NCBI GenBank assembly: GCA_040222015.1
Contig: JAVJWO010000178.1
Span: forward strand, 80,390-144,389
Origin: Coleofasciculus chthonoplastes F2-STO-03
GTDB taxonomy: Bacteria > Cyanobacteriota > Cyanobacteriia > Cyanobacteriales > Coleofasciculaceae
Reading direction: 5' to 3'
DNA: 64,000 nucleotides
The notes beneath the pieces were generated by a model that ran no database searches, was not told where the DNA came from, and saw only the letters and a program-made list of their open reading frames with translations. Positions 10,716-20,809 of this stretch are shown in pieces. Numbering within the stretch: the first letter of the stretch is position 1; every line of letters starts with the position of its first letter. The position numbers were made by a program, and so were the translations under genes.

Positions 10716-10792
10716 ATGAAGATCAGCACCCTATTGACTCCGGCACTCACCTCAACCCTGTTCGCTTCCCTAGGGTTAGGAGTGGTTGTTAG
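9494..10792 (+). CDS. isrB: IsrB-like RNA-guided nickase (PLMP/RRXRR family, split RuvC, no HNH)
   Basis: KPLMPTKPSRARR, RuvC-I GIDPG, Arg-rich bridge helix RRVMRRARRGRR, RuvC-II YE, RuvC-III THAVDG; no CxxC/HNH; tail after about 10625 probably frameshifted. Confidence 0.8.
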   Translation: MLRVPVLSKSGKPLMPTKPSRARRWLKEGKAKVLYNYLECFAIQLTFETEENTQSVAVGIDPGKRYSGIGVQSSLVTLWMGHLVLPFKTVKERMELRRVMRRARRGRRINRKLPYSERCHRQARFDNRKQGKLPPSIRANKQLELRVVKELFKLFPISAIHYELVMADVDKTCGRKSARSGVGFSPVMVGQRQMLTWLSELAPIITHKGWHRDGNGTSQLRQWLGLAKDKKNKANQTPATHAVDGVTLAAFEFIQWREWHSDHAKHGSWVGNVQVTPAPFAVIRRPPVSRRQLHLCIPSKGGLRRKYGGTVTRHGFRKGDKVIAEKAGKTYIGWCSGDTDKLVSVSDINWKRLGQFSVKKVQLLQRSTGLIVVPATGPFKPHRIERRGLTSIPLHPASLRVESHEKYDEDQHPIDSGTHLNPVRFPRVRSGC

Positions 10793-11105
10793 CATATCAG
10801 CCATTATCCCTGAATCCGCGATCGCACAAACCACTGAACGGGTGAATCCCCTAGAAGATCTCGATAGTCGCCAAAATGAGCGAGATTCACTCACGGGAAC
10901 CCCGGGTAACGGTGGCTGGAATGTCTTTGATTTTATCCATCGCTCCCGTTTAGGAGTTGATTCGGAAGCATTTAACAGCGAACTCGATCAAAAGCTAGAC
11001 AATGCGACAGAGGAGTTCCGGCGGCTACAACGGGAACGGTTAAGAAATCAACAGCAAGTTCAACCGAATTCCCCCTCTACTCCGGCTGGGGGAGGCATTA
11101 GATAA
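10716..11105 (+). CDS. Hypothetical secreted protein
   Basis: Signal-peptide-like N-terminus ending in AIAQ; low-complexity C-terminus. Confidence 0.75.
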   Translation: MKISTLLTPALTSTLFASLGLGVVVSISAIIPESAIAQTTERVNPLEDLDSRQNERDSLTGTPGNGGWNVFDFIHRSRLGVDSEAFNSELDQKLDNATEEFRRLQRERLRNQQQVQPNSPSTPAGGGIR

Positions 11106-11143
11106 GTGAAACCATTCCCAGGCAAAGCCTGGGAACAAGGCGG

Positions 11144-11578
11144 CTAGCTCATGCTAGCTAGGATATCCTTAGCATGGGAATCGGTTTTCACCTTCTCATC
11201 AACATAGGTGATCGTACCTTCACCATTAATCACATACGTGACGCGCTTGGAGTAACCGCCGCCTTCAACATCATAAGCTTTGGTAAGCGTGCCATCCGGA
11301 TCAGCGAGCAATTGGAAAGGCAACCCATACTTCTCCTTAAATTGCTTATGGGATGTCTCATCATCCATGCTCACACCGAGAACAACCATATCTTTGCCTT
11401 GATATTCAGCATAGTTGTCCCGGAAGCTTTGGGCTTCCTTGGTGCAACCTGGAGTATCATCTTTGGGATAAAAATAGAGAACTACTGTTTTTCCCGCCAA
11501 GTCGGACAGGGAAACGGTATTCCCTGCATCATCTTTAGCAGTAAATGCCGGAGCTTTATCGCCAACGCTTAAAGCCAT
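11144..11578 (-). CDS. bcp: Peroxiredoxin Q / BCP
   Basis: YFYPKDDTPGCTKEA motif. Confidence 0.93.
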   Translation of the reverse strand: MALSVGDKAPAFTAKDDAGNTVSLSDLAGKTVVLYFYPKDDTPGCTKEAQSFRDNYAEYQGKDMVVLGVSMDDETSHKQFKEKYGLPFQLLADPDGTLTKAYDVEGGGYSKRVTYVINGEGTITYVDEKVKTDSHAKDILASMS

Positions 11579-11951
11579 AAGTCTTTTTCCCTGTGTGTAC
11601 TACTTAACTATTCTTCATCCTACTACGGATAATCGGTGGATTCGATTGAAAAAGTTGGTGTGTAAGGGAAGGGAAGTTTGATGAGAAATTCCTTCAGGAC
11701 TTACACACAAACGCCATTTATGGTAGGGGCACGGCATTGCCGTGCCCCTACAGGTAGCGCATGTGCTCAGGTCGCCCTCTCCTTTGAGGTTAAGATAAAA
11801 AGAAGCGTGACAGACATTTTATCAATTCACTGGCGAAGAATCCCAGCGCCAGATCAATGGTGTGGGGCTTCTCACGGATTAAGCTAATCCAGTTGCAGTC
11901 AACTACCCCACCCATACACAACATGGAGGAGGTATCCAGCAGCGAATCACG

Positions 11952-12362
11952 ATGACATCCATTTCCTCTGAAAAAGCCCAAACGGTTCACTATCCAGAGC
12001 GCACCATTAAACGCGCAGAACTTGCGTTGCGCTGTTTGCCCTTCCAGTTAACCTTGTATAAGAAGATGCGTTCAACCAGCGTTTCCCTACTCGCGATCGC
12101 GACGCAAAAAGGGATAGAACAGGGCTATACTAAAAGTCCCTTATCCGAGTTAGCCGCCCAACGTGATTTAATGTGGTTGATTCAAGTCGGTGTTTTGCGA
12201 CGAGAAGTTGATGGTCAAGGCATTACCGACAGTTTTCGTCTTACCCCCTTGGGTCGTCAACTGGTGGAAAAATGGGCAAGCCGAGGCGAGTCATTGCCCC
12301 CGCCATCCCTTTGGGATCGCATCGCTCACGCTTGGAACCGTTGGTTACGATTACCAATCTAA
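11952..12362 (+). CDS. Conserved cyanobacterial protein (Npun_F0494-like)
   Basis: WLIQVGVLRREVDGQGITDSFRLTPLG motif; usually adjacent to cobQ. Confidence 0.75.
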   Translation: MTSISSEKAQTVHYPERTIKRAELALRCLPFQLTLYKKMRSTSVSLLAIATQKGIEQGYTKSPLSELAAQRDLMWLIQVGVLRREVDGQGITDSFRLTPLGRQLVEKWASRGESLPPPSLWDRIAHAWNRWLRLPI

Positions 12363-12423
12363 ATTCATAGTCTGAGGGTTGCTTCTATTCGTTCTGATTA
12401 CCCGATAACTCTTAACCCGCTTT

Positions 12424-13920
12424 ATGAAATCGCTGATGGTGGTGGGAACAACCTCCCACGCAGGAAAATCGTTTATTGTTACCGCCTTGTGCCGTATTCT
12501 TTCCCGGCGCGGTTGGCGCGTGGCTCCCTTTAAGGGACAAAATATGGCGCTCAACGCCTATGTCACCCCCAATGGCGGCGAAATTGGACATGCTCAAGCT
12601 GTGCAAGCTTGGGCAGCTAATGTGAAGCCCTGTGTCGAAATGAACCCGATTTTACTTAAACCCCAGGGGGATATGACGTCTCAAGTCATTCTCATGGGTC
12701 AAGTGGCGGGTAAAGTCGGCGCGGCGGATTATTATGAACAGTACTTTGATCGGGGTTGGCAAGCGATTCAAGAGTCGCTGCGGCGTTTGAGTCATGAGTT
12801 TGATTTTGTCGTGTGTGAGGGTGCAGGGAGTCCAGCAGAAATTAATTTGAAGCACCGTGACTTAACCAATATGCGGGTAGCGAAGCATTTAAATGCACCA
12901 ACGTTACTCGTAGTAGATATTGATCGCGGTGGCGCATTTGCTCATATTATCGGGACTCTAGAACTCTTGGAACCGGATGAGCGAGCTTTAATTAAGGGTG
13001 TGGTGATTAATAAATTTAGAGGACAGCGATCACTGTTGGAATCGGGAATTACTTGGCTCGAAGAACGCACCGGAATTCCTGTTATTGGGGTGATTCCCTG
13101 GATTAATGAGATCTTTCCTGCCGAAGACTCTTTGGCATTACTAGATCGCTACAATAAGAGAAAAAGGGATAGTGAATTAACGGTGGCGGTAATTCGTTTT
13201 CCCCGCATCTCTAACTTTACCGACTTTGACGCTCTAGAAGCTGAATCGACGGTCAGTGTCAAATATTTAACACCGAATCAATCCCTCGGCTATCCCGACG
13301 CCCTGATTTTGCCGGGGACAAAAACCACCATTAGCGACTTACTCATTTTGCACAAAACAGGCATGCTCGAAGAGATTAAAAACTATGCCGCTGCTGGGGG
13401 TACCGTTTTAGGGATTTGTGGTGGGTTTCAAATGCTGGGTCAAACCCTGCTTGATCCTGATGGTATTGAAGATGAACCGGGACAATATCAAGGATTAGGA
13501 TTATTACCGATCAAAACCATAATTACCGCCAGAAAAGTGGCACGTCAGCGCCTAGTCACCTCCAACTATCCTCAAGTCGGTTTACCTGTCGCTGGTTACG
13601 AAATCCATCAAGGGCGTTCTCGGCTGATTGACTCAGAAACTACGGATAATAAGTCTGCCTATCAACCCCTATTTGATGACCCCGGTTTAGGGTTAGTCGA
13701 TATCACTCAATCGATTTGGGGAACCTATCTCCATGGTTTATTTGATAATGGTCCCTGGCGACGGGCGTGGTTGAATCAACTGCGACATCAACGTGGACTT
13801 GCGTCTTTGCCAACGGGTATTCCGGACTATCGAGAGCAGCTCGAAGTGGTTTTGAATTCCTTAGCCGATAGCGTCGAGGCTCATTTAGATTTAAGCACTA
13901 TTATTCCTAAGTTGGGGTGA
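12424..13920 (+). CDS. cobQ: Cobyric acid synthase
   Basis: GTTSHAGKS, PFKGQNMALN, EGAGSPAEINL, ISNFTDFD, GICGGFQMLG, GYEIHQG. Confidence 0.97.
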   Translation: MKSLMVVGTTSHAGKSFIVTALCRILSRRGWRVAPFKGQNMALNAYVTPNGGEIGHAQAVQAWAANVKPCVEMNPILLKPQGDMTSQVILMGQVAGKVGAADYYEQYFDRGWQAIQESLRRLSHEFDFVVCEGAGSPAEINLKHRDLTNMRVAKHLNAPTLLVVDIDRGGAFAHIIGTLELLEPDERALIKGVVINKFRGQRSLLESGITWLEERTGIPVIGVIPWINEIFPAEDSLALLDRYNKRKRDSELTVAVIRFPRISNFTDFDALEAESTVSVKYLTPNQSLGYPDALILPGTKTTISDLLILHKTGMLEEIKNYAAAGGTVLGICGGFQMLGQTLLDPDGIEDEPGQYQGLGLLPIKTIITARKVARQRLVTSNYPQVGLPVAGYEIHQGRSRLIDSETTDNKSAYQPLFDDPGLGLVDITQSIWGTYLHGLFDNGPWRRAWLNQLRHQRGLASLPTGIPDYREQLEVVLNSLADSVEAHLDLSTIIPKLG

Positions 13921-13941
13921 GTTAATCACTAAAACCTGTTC

Positions 13942-14181
13942 ATGAGTGTTACCATTCGATTTTTACCCGATGATGTCACCATTAATGCAGAAGTAGGAGA
14001 ACCTCTACTGCAAGTGGCTCAACGCGCTGGCGTTTTCATTCCCACAGGATGCCTCATGGGTTCCTGTCACGCTTGCGAGGTTGAAATTAACGACGGAGAA
14101 ACGATTTGTGCCTGTATCTCGGCTGTCCCACCGGGTCAGGAACAGCTTACGATTAATCTCTATAGTGATCCATTTTGGTAA
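13942..14181 (+). CDS. 2Fe-2S ferredoxin-like protein
   Basis: CLMGSCHAC...C cluster motif. Confidence 0.9.
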   Translation: MSVTIRFLPDDVTINAEVGEPLLQVAQRAGVFIPTGCLMGSCHACEVEINDGETICACISAVPPGQEQLTINLYSDPFW

Positions 14182-14273
14182 GTTTTTGTCATTGGTCATT
14201 TGTCATTGGTCATTTGTCATACTCAAGGTGTCATACTCAAGGTAACGAGAACTAATCTACGTCATTTGTTGGA

Positions 14274-17200
14274 TTAAGGACAAGCTGTTAGAGTTGTCAG
14301 ATTGTCTAAAGAAAAAGAAGAAGATGACAACATAACCGAATTATTTGGGGTATTGTTGATATTAAGGTTTGCCAAATCGACAACCAAAAATGTCCCACCG
14401 GAATTATTTAACTGGTACTTCGTACTGGATAAATCCTCTAAACTTGTATTATCCTGCAAGTTCAAGCAGAATGTGCTAGGAGGCGTTACAGTTACCTCTA
14501 AATCAATCGGGTTGCTGTTGGCTAGGGTGTTTCGTTGGATATCAGCGATTGTCCGGCTATCGTCAACAGCCAAGATGTAAATTCCTCGATCACCGCTATT
14601 TTCAATCGTATTTTCAATTACCGTCAACTCAGAGTTGTTGTTATCATCCGCTGTCAGAAACAAGACTCCCTCTAAACCACTGTCTTTGATAATGTTCTGA
14701 CTGAGGGTAATCTGTTGAGTGCTACCGACAGCCGCTAAGATGTTAATCCCTTGCTGACCACTATTCGTAATCCTATTCTGTGTAACGGTTAACTGTTGCG
14801 TGCCACCATTGGCTGTCGCTAGATTAATACCCATTTGATTATTATCGTCGATCAGGTTGTTGCTAATCGTCCCATTTTCCAGTCGGGCATTGTTCTCCCC
14901 AAAGAAGCCAATACGCAGGTCAATTCCTTCATCGCCATTCCCCCGGATAGTATTCTCTGAAATGAGCAGAGTATCAACAATTGCAGTATTATCCAAAGCC
15001 ATAGCAATGCCATCCCCTCGAACGGGTGAAACACCGCCATTATTTTCCAAGGTATTTCCGGTAATTGTCACAGTGTTAGCTACGGCATCTCCACTAAAGC
15101 TTAAGAGAATAGCATCGTTAAAATTATCGCTAATTTGATTATTATTAGAAATGCTTAGATCAACTTGTCCGGTTGTGTTGACAACCGCAATACCTTGTCC
15201 AGTTGGTACAAGATCACCATTGGGTAATTCAATGTCCCGATCTGAACCCGTATTGGTAATTGTATTATTTGCGATCGCGACGGTTCCAGTCACATTATTT
15301 AAGGCTATGCCTTGATTGGTTGCTTGACGAATTGTATTTCCCTGAAACGTCAAACCACCCAGATTTTGCCCAAAAATACCACTGTCTTGGGCATCGATAA
15401 TCGTGAATCCGGAAATTGTGAATTGTCCGCTGGGTGAATCTGTCAGTTCAATGCCAAAATTTGGAGTAGTAATTTCACTGCCTTGATTCGCGGCAATTGT
15501 CACCGTCCCTGTGACATCATTTATTGAGATACCATGGGTATCATTAACGGGATCAAGAATTGTAATAGTGCTATCGGTTATCTCCACTGTACCCGTTACA
15601 GTGTCCAGAGAAATGCCTCCTGTCGTCGAATTAGAACTGATCAGCGTACTATTCGCGATCGCAACATTATTTACCTGATTTCCCTGGAACGCAGAACCCC
15701 CAGCGCTGCTAACTTCCAGTCCCGAAAGCATTACAGTATCTGTCGCATTTTCTAACAAAATTCCGGCGACGCCATTAGTAGCCGTAGTAATCAGACTCCC
15801 TTCATTAGCGTTAATATTGAGCTTGCCACTAATATCTGTGGCTGAAATACCATTTTGAGTCGGATTCGTCACTGTAATCGTGCTATCGCTAATATTGACC
15901 AGTCCACTCACTTCATTGAAACTAAGTCCATGCTGGTTAGAATCAATACTGGTTAAAGTACTATCCACAATCTCTAGATTATTAATCCGATTCCCTTGAA
16001 TCACTGCTCCTACGGTACTACTAATCGTGAATCCAGACAGTCGTACTGAACCCATCGTATCCTCAACTAACACACCTGAAGTTCCTGCTGAAATCGTCGT
16101 GATTTCACTCCCTTGATTAGCGGCAATCGTCAGCTCACCTGTTACATTTCTCAGTGCAATCCCTTGTTCAATAGGATTCACCACGGTAATTGGACTATCA
16201 CTAATATTAACCACGCCGCTGACTCCATCAAATGTAATGCCACTGGTGTCAGAATTACGGCTCGTTATACTACTATCCATTACCTCGATCCTGTTAACAG
16301 TCGTACCCTGAATAGCGGCTGAACCTGTACTACTCATATCAAGCCTAGCCAGCGTCACAGAACCGGGAATATCCTCTAGAAAAACTCCGGCGTTTCTCGT
16401 CGAAGCTGTGGTAATTTCACTCCCCTCATTCGCCATAATAGTGAGACTGCCATTAACGTTAGTTGCAGCAATACCATGTTGACTAGGATTGGTCACCGTA
16501 ATGGTACTATCGCTAATATTAACGACACCATTGACTCCATCGAATTTAATTCCATCAGTGTCGGACTCTCGGCTAATTAAGCTTCCATCTGTGACTGTAA
16601 TATTATTAACGTTTGTGCCAATAATAGACGCTACTCTATCCCCGGTAATCACACTATTGGTTAGAGTAATTGTCCCGGTTATATTTTCTAACCAGACACC
16701 CGCTTGTGTCGAACTTGTAATCTGAGTATCTCGAATCTCAGCATTACTAATATTGGTTGCTTCAATACCGGAACCCTGAGCATTAGTAATGGCAAACCCG
16801 GATAACACCGTATCATTACCCATCGTTACCGTACCCCCAATCTGGGGAACTGTTCCACTCCCTGACTGAGGTAACGGAATGCGACCAAATGTTACCGTTT
16901 CAATCTCTTGTACTGGCGCTGTAGACAAAACCGACACACCATCAGGAATCGTAAATCCAGGAATTTCAGGCGGCGTTGTTCCTTGCACATATACAATCTG
17001 ATTCGCCTGGGCTGCATTCAGCGCTTCTGCGAGGGTACCAAAAGGATTTTCAGCCGTTCCATTCCCCCCAGTTGCTTGTAAGTTTACCTGTTGGAAAAAA
17101 TAAGGTTCACCTGTTAATGGGTTCGTCGCCTGAATCGTCGTGGAGTCCTCGAACGGTTCCCCAATTTCAGTTTGTCCATCGACGGTAATACTTGCAGTAC

Positions 17201-18101
17201 GCATCACCGATTCCCCCATTCGCGCCCAAACTGCATTTCCTTCCAGTTTCCCAGCCGCCGGAGTTCCGCCCCAACTTGCTCCCAGATTAAACAGAACATT
17301 TGTACCAAATAACTCATCTTCTTGAAATGCCACACCCAAATTCAGATAATTGGTGGGACGAATATCCAGGCGAAGTCGCCACCCCAAACTCCCCTCTGTA
17401 CCCGCAGCATCATAATAATAAAGTCCTGCATATCCTCGTAACTCACCCGTTGTCCCCCATTGCGCCAATCTCGCCCCAGCTTCCAGATCAACCCCAGTCA
17501 TCGCCGCTTCTAAATGACGCACTTCCTGACGTTCTCGTCGGGCTTGTTGGACTAAAAAGTGATCCTGGAAGAAAATATCTGTCAGTTGTAATCCTGTATC
17601 AACAATTCGTTCTTCAACAACTTGGCGAGTATCTCCAATTGGCAGATAACCATTCACCCGAACATCCCAAATTGAGCCTAACGTTTCCAATCCGATGCCC
17701 AATTGATGAAAAGTAGTGTTACCTGTATGACGATTATCATACGCCAGATACCCACCAAAAATACGGTTAGCTTCTGGGGTGTAAAAACGATGTCCCAAGA
17801 GAATATTACCGCCCCAGTTTGCCGTATTATCGAGCAGCAACTGTCCTTGAATAAACGTCAGTGTCCGACCCGGAGTTTGTAGCAAGGGAACAAAGCCCTC
17901 AAAGCGGGTAAAGCCGTCGTAGCCAGCACCTGAGGTGTTATAACCAACGCCTAGGCGGGGGGTAATTCTCAAATCAGACGCAGAGCCTAGTGGGGTGTCC
18001 GAATCACTGTTTAATTCTTGGGCTTGGGTCGTTGTTGATGTAATACTTAAAGTGAGGAATAATGTATACCATAAAAAATACAGTTTGCCTAGTTTATTCA
18101 T
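14274..18101 (-). CDS. Outer-membrane protein: N-terminal inverse-autotransporter-like beta-barrel plus long right-handed beta-helix
   Basis: Signal peptide, GGNILLGHRFY/FGGYLAYD/NGYLPIG barrel strands, GNGTAENPF linker, then Asn/Ile/Thr-rich beta-helix repeats. Confidence 0.8.
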   Translation of the reverse strand: MNKLGKLYFLWYTLFLTLSITSTTTQAQELNSDSDTPLGSASDLRITPRLGVGYNTSGAGYDGFTRFEGFVPLLQTPGRTLTFIQGQLLLDNTANWGGNILLGHRFYTPEANRIFGGYLAYDNRHTGNTTFHQLGIGLETLGSIWDVRVNGYLPIGDTRQVVEERIVDTGLQLTDIFFQDHFLVQQARRERQEVRHLEAAMTGVDLEAGARLAQWGTTGELRGYAGLYYYDAAGTEGSLGWRLRLDIRPTNYLNLGVAFQEDELFGTNVLFNLGASWGGTPAAGKLEGNAVWARMGESVMRTASITVDGQTEIGEPFEDSTTIQATNPLTGEPYFFQQVNLQATGGNGTAENPFGTLAEALNAAQANQIVYVQGTTPPEIPGFTIPDGVSVLSTAPVQEIETVTFGRIPLPQSGSGTVPQIGGTVTMGNDTVLSGFAITNAQGSGIEATNISNAEIRDTQITSSTQAGVWLENITGTITLTNSVITGDRVASIIGTNVNNITVTDGSLISRESDTDGIKFDGVNGVVNISDSTITVTNPSQHGIAATNVNGSLTIMANEGSEITTASTRNAGVFLEDIPGSVTLARLDMSSTGSAAIQGTTVNRIEVMDSSITSRNSDTSGITFDGVSGVVNISDSPITVVNPIEQGIALRNVTGELTIAANQGSEITTISAGTSGVLVEDTMGSVRLSGFTISSTVGAVIQGNRINNLEIVDSTLTSIDSNQHGLSFNEVSGLVNISDSTITVTNPTQNGISATDISGKLNINANEGSLITTATNGVAGILLENATDTVMLSGLEVSSAGGSAFQGNQVNNVAIANSTLISSNSTTGGISLDTVTGTVEITDSTITILDPVNDTHGISINDVTGTVTIAANQGSEITTPNFGIELTDSPSGQFTISGFTIIDAQDSGIFGQNLGGLTFQGNTIRQATNQGIALNNVTGTVAIANNTITNTGSDRDIELPNGDLVPTGQGIAVVNTTGQVDLSISNNNQISDNFNDAILLSFSGDAVANTVTITGNTLENNGGVSPVRGDGIAMALDNTAIVDTLLISENTIRGNGDEGIDLRIGFFGENNARLENGTISNNLIDDNNQMGINLATANGGTQQLTVTQNRITNSGQQGINILAAVGSTQQITLSQNIIKDSGLEGVLFLTADDNNNSELTVIENTIENSGDRGIYILAVDDSRTIADIQRNTLANSNPIDLEVTVTPPSTFCLNLQDNTSLEDLSSTKYQLNNSGGTFLVVDLANLNINNTPNNSVMLSSSSFSLDNLTTLTACP

Positions 18102-18385
18102 CAGTGGTGACTCTCAACGCCTGATATTAAATCGACCCCTTTCTTAGCACAAATTTGCTTAAGTTAGGGTGATCGATATCTGGCATGACGAGGCTTGGGG
18201 ATTAAATGTAGTAATAAAGGTGCGTGGGTGCATGTCAACGCAAGTAGGTTAGACCCTTGGAACGAAACCAAACGAGAGCGGGTGAGCGCTTCCAGGTGCG
18301 TTACGCTTTGCTCTCCGCACGATGGCGGCGTGACCCAGCTAAAATGATGGAATAGATTTTACAGTAATCAATACCTCACATCATC

Positions 18386-19237
18386 ATGATTCGTCTGCCC
18401 ACCCAATCCAATCCCCCCGATTCTCCCCGGCAAACCTTGCCGACTATGTATGATTTACCTAGTGATAATCCGGAGGACCCTGGATTGCCCGATGAGTTTC
18501 ACTTTTTTCAACCCCTTTTACTGCTTTTAACTTTTCAACCAACGAATTGGAATTGGGAGCAGGTGTTTTCTGCCTGCGATTTGAATCTTTATTACGATGT
18601 TAATCACACTCACTGGTACAAGCGTCCCGATTGGTTTGGCGTTGTGGGGATTCCTCGCTTGTATGAACAGCGAGATTTGCGCTTAAGTTATGTGATTTGG
18701 CAAGAAGAAATTAGTCCTTTTGTGGTGGTGGAGTTATTATCTCCGGGGACGGAGGATGAGGATTTTGGACGGACAATACCCCAAGCCGGAAGTCCACCGA
18801 CAAAATGGCAGGTGTATGAACAGATTTTGCGGGTACCCTACTATGTGATTTTTAGCCGCTATACCTTGGAATTGCAAATCTTCCATTTAGTGGAGGGGAA
18901 TTATCAACGGGTGAATTTAACAGATAATCGGTTGGTCATACCCGAATTAGGGTTAAGCTTGGGATTATGGTCAGGACGGTTTCGTGAGATTAACGGACGT
19001 TGGTTGCGATGGATGACGCCTTCCGGCGAGTTGATTCCCACGGATAATGAGCAGGCTGTATTTGCTGAACAACGGGCTATCGCCGCCGAAGAACGCGCCC
19101 AACAGGAAGCTGAACTCGCTCGATTAGCTGAAGAACGCGCCCAACAGGAAGCCCAACGCGCACAATTAGCTGAAGAACGCGCCCAGCAATTGGCGCAACG
19201 GTTGCGAGAATTAGGTATTGATCCAGATAATGTATAG
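18386..19237 (+). CDS. Uma2 (DUF820) family endonuclease-like protein with coiled-coil tail
   Basis: LPTMYDLPS, RPDWF, VVELLSPGT; EERAQQEA repeats. Confidence 0.9.
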   Translation: MIRLPTQSNPPDSPRQTLPTMYDLPSDNPEDPGLPDEFHFFQPLLLLLTFQPTNWNWEQVFSACDLNLYYDVNHTHWYKRPDWFGVVGIPRLYEQRDLRLSYVIWQEEISPFVVVELLSPGTEDEDFGRTIPQAGSPPTKWQVYEQILRVPYYVIFSRYTLELQIFHLVEGNYQRVNLTDNRLVIPELGLSLGLWSGRFREINGRWLRWMTPSGELIPTDNEQAVFAEQRAIAAEERAQQEAELARLAEERAQQEAQRAQLAEERAQQLAQRLRELGIDPDNV

Positions 19238-19334
19238 CAGTAGACACATCGATTAGGACAAACGAACTGTTGTAGAGACGTTGCATGCAACGTCTCTACT
19301 AAATGATGCGTCCTAACCGCTATGGCGATTGCTA
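19235..19334. mobile_element. About 100-bp TA-flanked MITE (TAGCA...TGCTA) with central GTAGAGACG REP
   Basis: Related copies at 57394-57496 and 63760-63861, each flanked by TA. Confidence 0.8.
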
Positions 19335-19534
19335 TATAGGGCAAGATTAGCTGTCGTGCATTTAAATTGGGTATGAGTAGCGAGCAAGATGCAAAGCCTG
19401 CGGCATGGCTTCGCTTAACGCACACCAATGATTTCGCCATTGATGAATGTTATGCTCCTCGTATTCTGGTGGGCAATGCCCACCCTACGGGATATCAATG
19501 GTGTCATTGCTGCTAAAAGGCTTCATGAAAATCC

Positions 19535-20242
19535 ATGTTCTTGGTGAACACTGGTAAGTTAGTTATTATCGTTTGCTTTCGTTACTGCACTATGTCATCG
19601 ACTGTATCCTCTACTCCTAGCCCCGTGATTCCGGTTGAGAAAATCCGTTATAACGATCAGGGGCTTGTCCCCGCCATTGTCCAGGATTATCTGGATGGTA
19701 CGGTATTGATGATGGCGTGGATGAATCGGGAATCATTGCAGCAAACCCTGGAAACCGGGGAAACCTGGTTCTGGAGTCGATCGCGTCAGGAATTATGGCA
19801 CAAAGGCGCAACATCGGGTCATTTGCAACATGTGCGATCGCTCCGTTATGACTGTGATAGTGATACGCTGCTGATTGGTGTGGAACAGGTGGGGGATATT
19901 GCCTGTCATACGGGGGAACGCAGTTGTTTTCATCAGGTGGATGGGATAAAGGCTGCACCGCCTGCGGATACCTTGTCTCAGGTGTTTGAGGTGATTTGCG
20001 ATCGCAGAGATAATCCTACTGCTGAATCCTATACCTGTAAGCTATTTAATGGTGGGGATAATAAGATTCTTAAAAAGATTGGCGAAGAAGCCGCCGAGGT
20101 GGTAATGGCGTGTAAGGATGATGAGAAAGATGCGATCGCGTCAGAAGCGGCTGATTTGTTTTATCACACGTTGGTGGCGTTAGCGCATCACCAGGTTGAT
20201 GTGCGAGATGTTTATCGCAAGTTACAAGATAGACGGCGATAG
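19535..20242 (+). CDS. hisIE: Phosphoribosyl-AMP cyclohydrolase / phosphoribosyl-ATP pyrophosphatase
   Basis: [32 protein letters not shown]; start probably ATG 19592. Confidence 0.97.
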   Translation: MFLVNTGKLVIIVCFRYCTMSSTVSSTPSPVIPVEKIRYNDQGLVPAIVQDYLDGTVLMMAWMNRESLQQTLETGETWFWSRSRQELWHKGATSGHLQHVRSLRYDCDSDTLLIGVEQVGDIACHTGERSCFHQVDGIKAAPPADTLSQVFEVICDRRDNPTAESYTCKLFNGGDNKILKKIGEEAAEVVMACKDDEKDAIASEAADLFYHTLVALAHHQVDVRDVYRKLQDRRR

Positions 20243-20586
20243 CATCTGCCCGGAGTTCAAACTCCGGGCTAAGAACTCAAGTCCATTAAAATGGACTAAC
20301 ATCTCTTGGGTTTCACGACTCATTTAAAATAGCTACAGAATCTGGGTTTTCTGAATATTTAATGTACCCAAGGTTTGGGAATTGCAACAGGAACCGACGC
20401 AATCGAACGCATCGGTACAGATGTCAGGCGTCAGAAACCCAGATAGGGTGTTAGGTAACGCTTACGCTCTACCCAACCTACAAGAACATTTTGTGTTCTG
20501 ACATGCTCCCGTCGTAATCGTGCGATCGCGCCAATCCTAAACCACAGCATAACCTGTATAGGGTCTGATATCGATGACTGCTATCG

Positions 20587-20739
20587 GTTACGCTACCAAA
20601 AGAGCTAGATGAAGCTTAGGGATGGGATTGAGGAGTGCGATCGCGCTTTTGGCGGCTGAGTCTCCTTGCGGGTATCAGCTATGCTATGTAAAGAGCGAGA
20701 TGAAGTTTAGGGTGGGATTGAGGAGTGCGATCGCGCTTT
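20587..20739 (+). repeat. Imperfect direct repeat of about 63 bp, period 90, each copy ending in HIP1
   Basis: AAAGAGC.AGATGAAG.TTAGGG...TGGGATTGAGGAGTGCGATCGCGCTTT occurs twice. Confidence 0.85.
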
Positions 20740-20809
20740 AACACCAGCGAGTCATTAGTTAGGCTTGCTGCCATCAGTCGCAGTAATAACTTTAGTATTA
20801 TAAGGAAAA

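Noticed and set aside
9494..10792. IscB or Cas9 call
   Set aside because: No HNH or CxxC domain between RuvC-II and RuvC-III and no CRISPR repeats; fits IsrB
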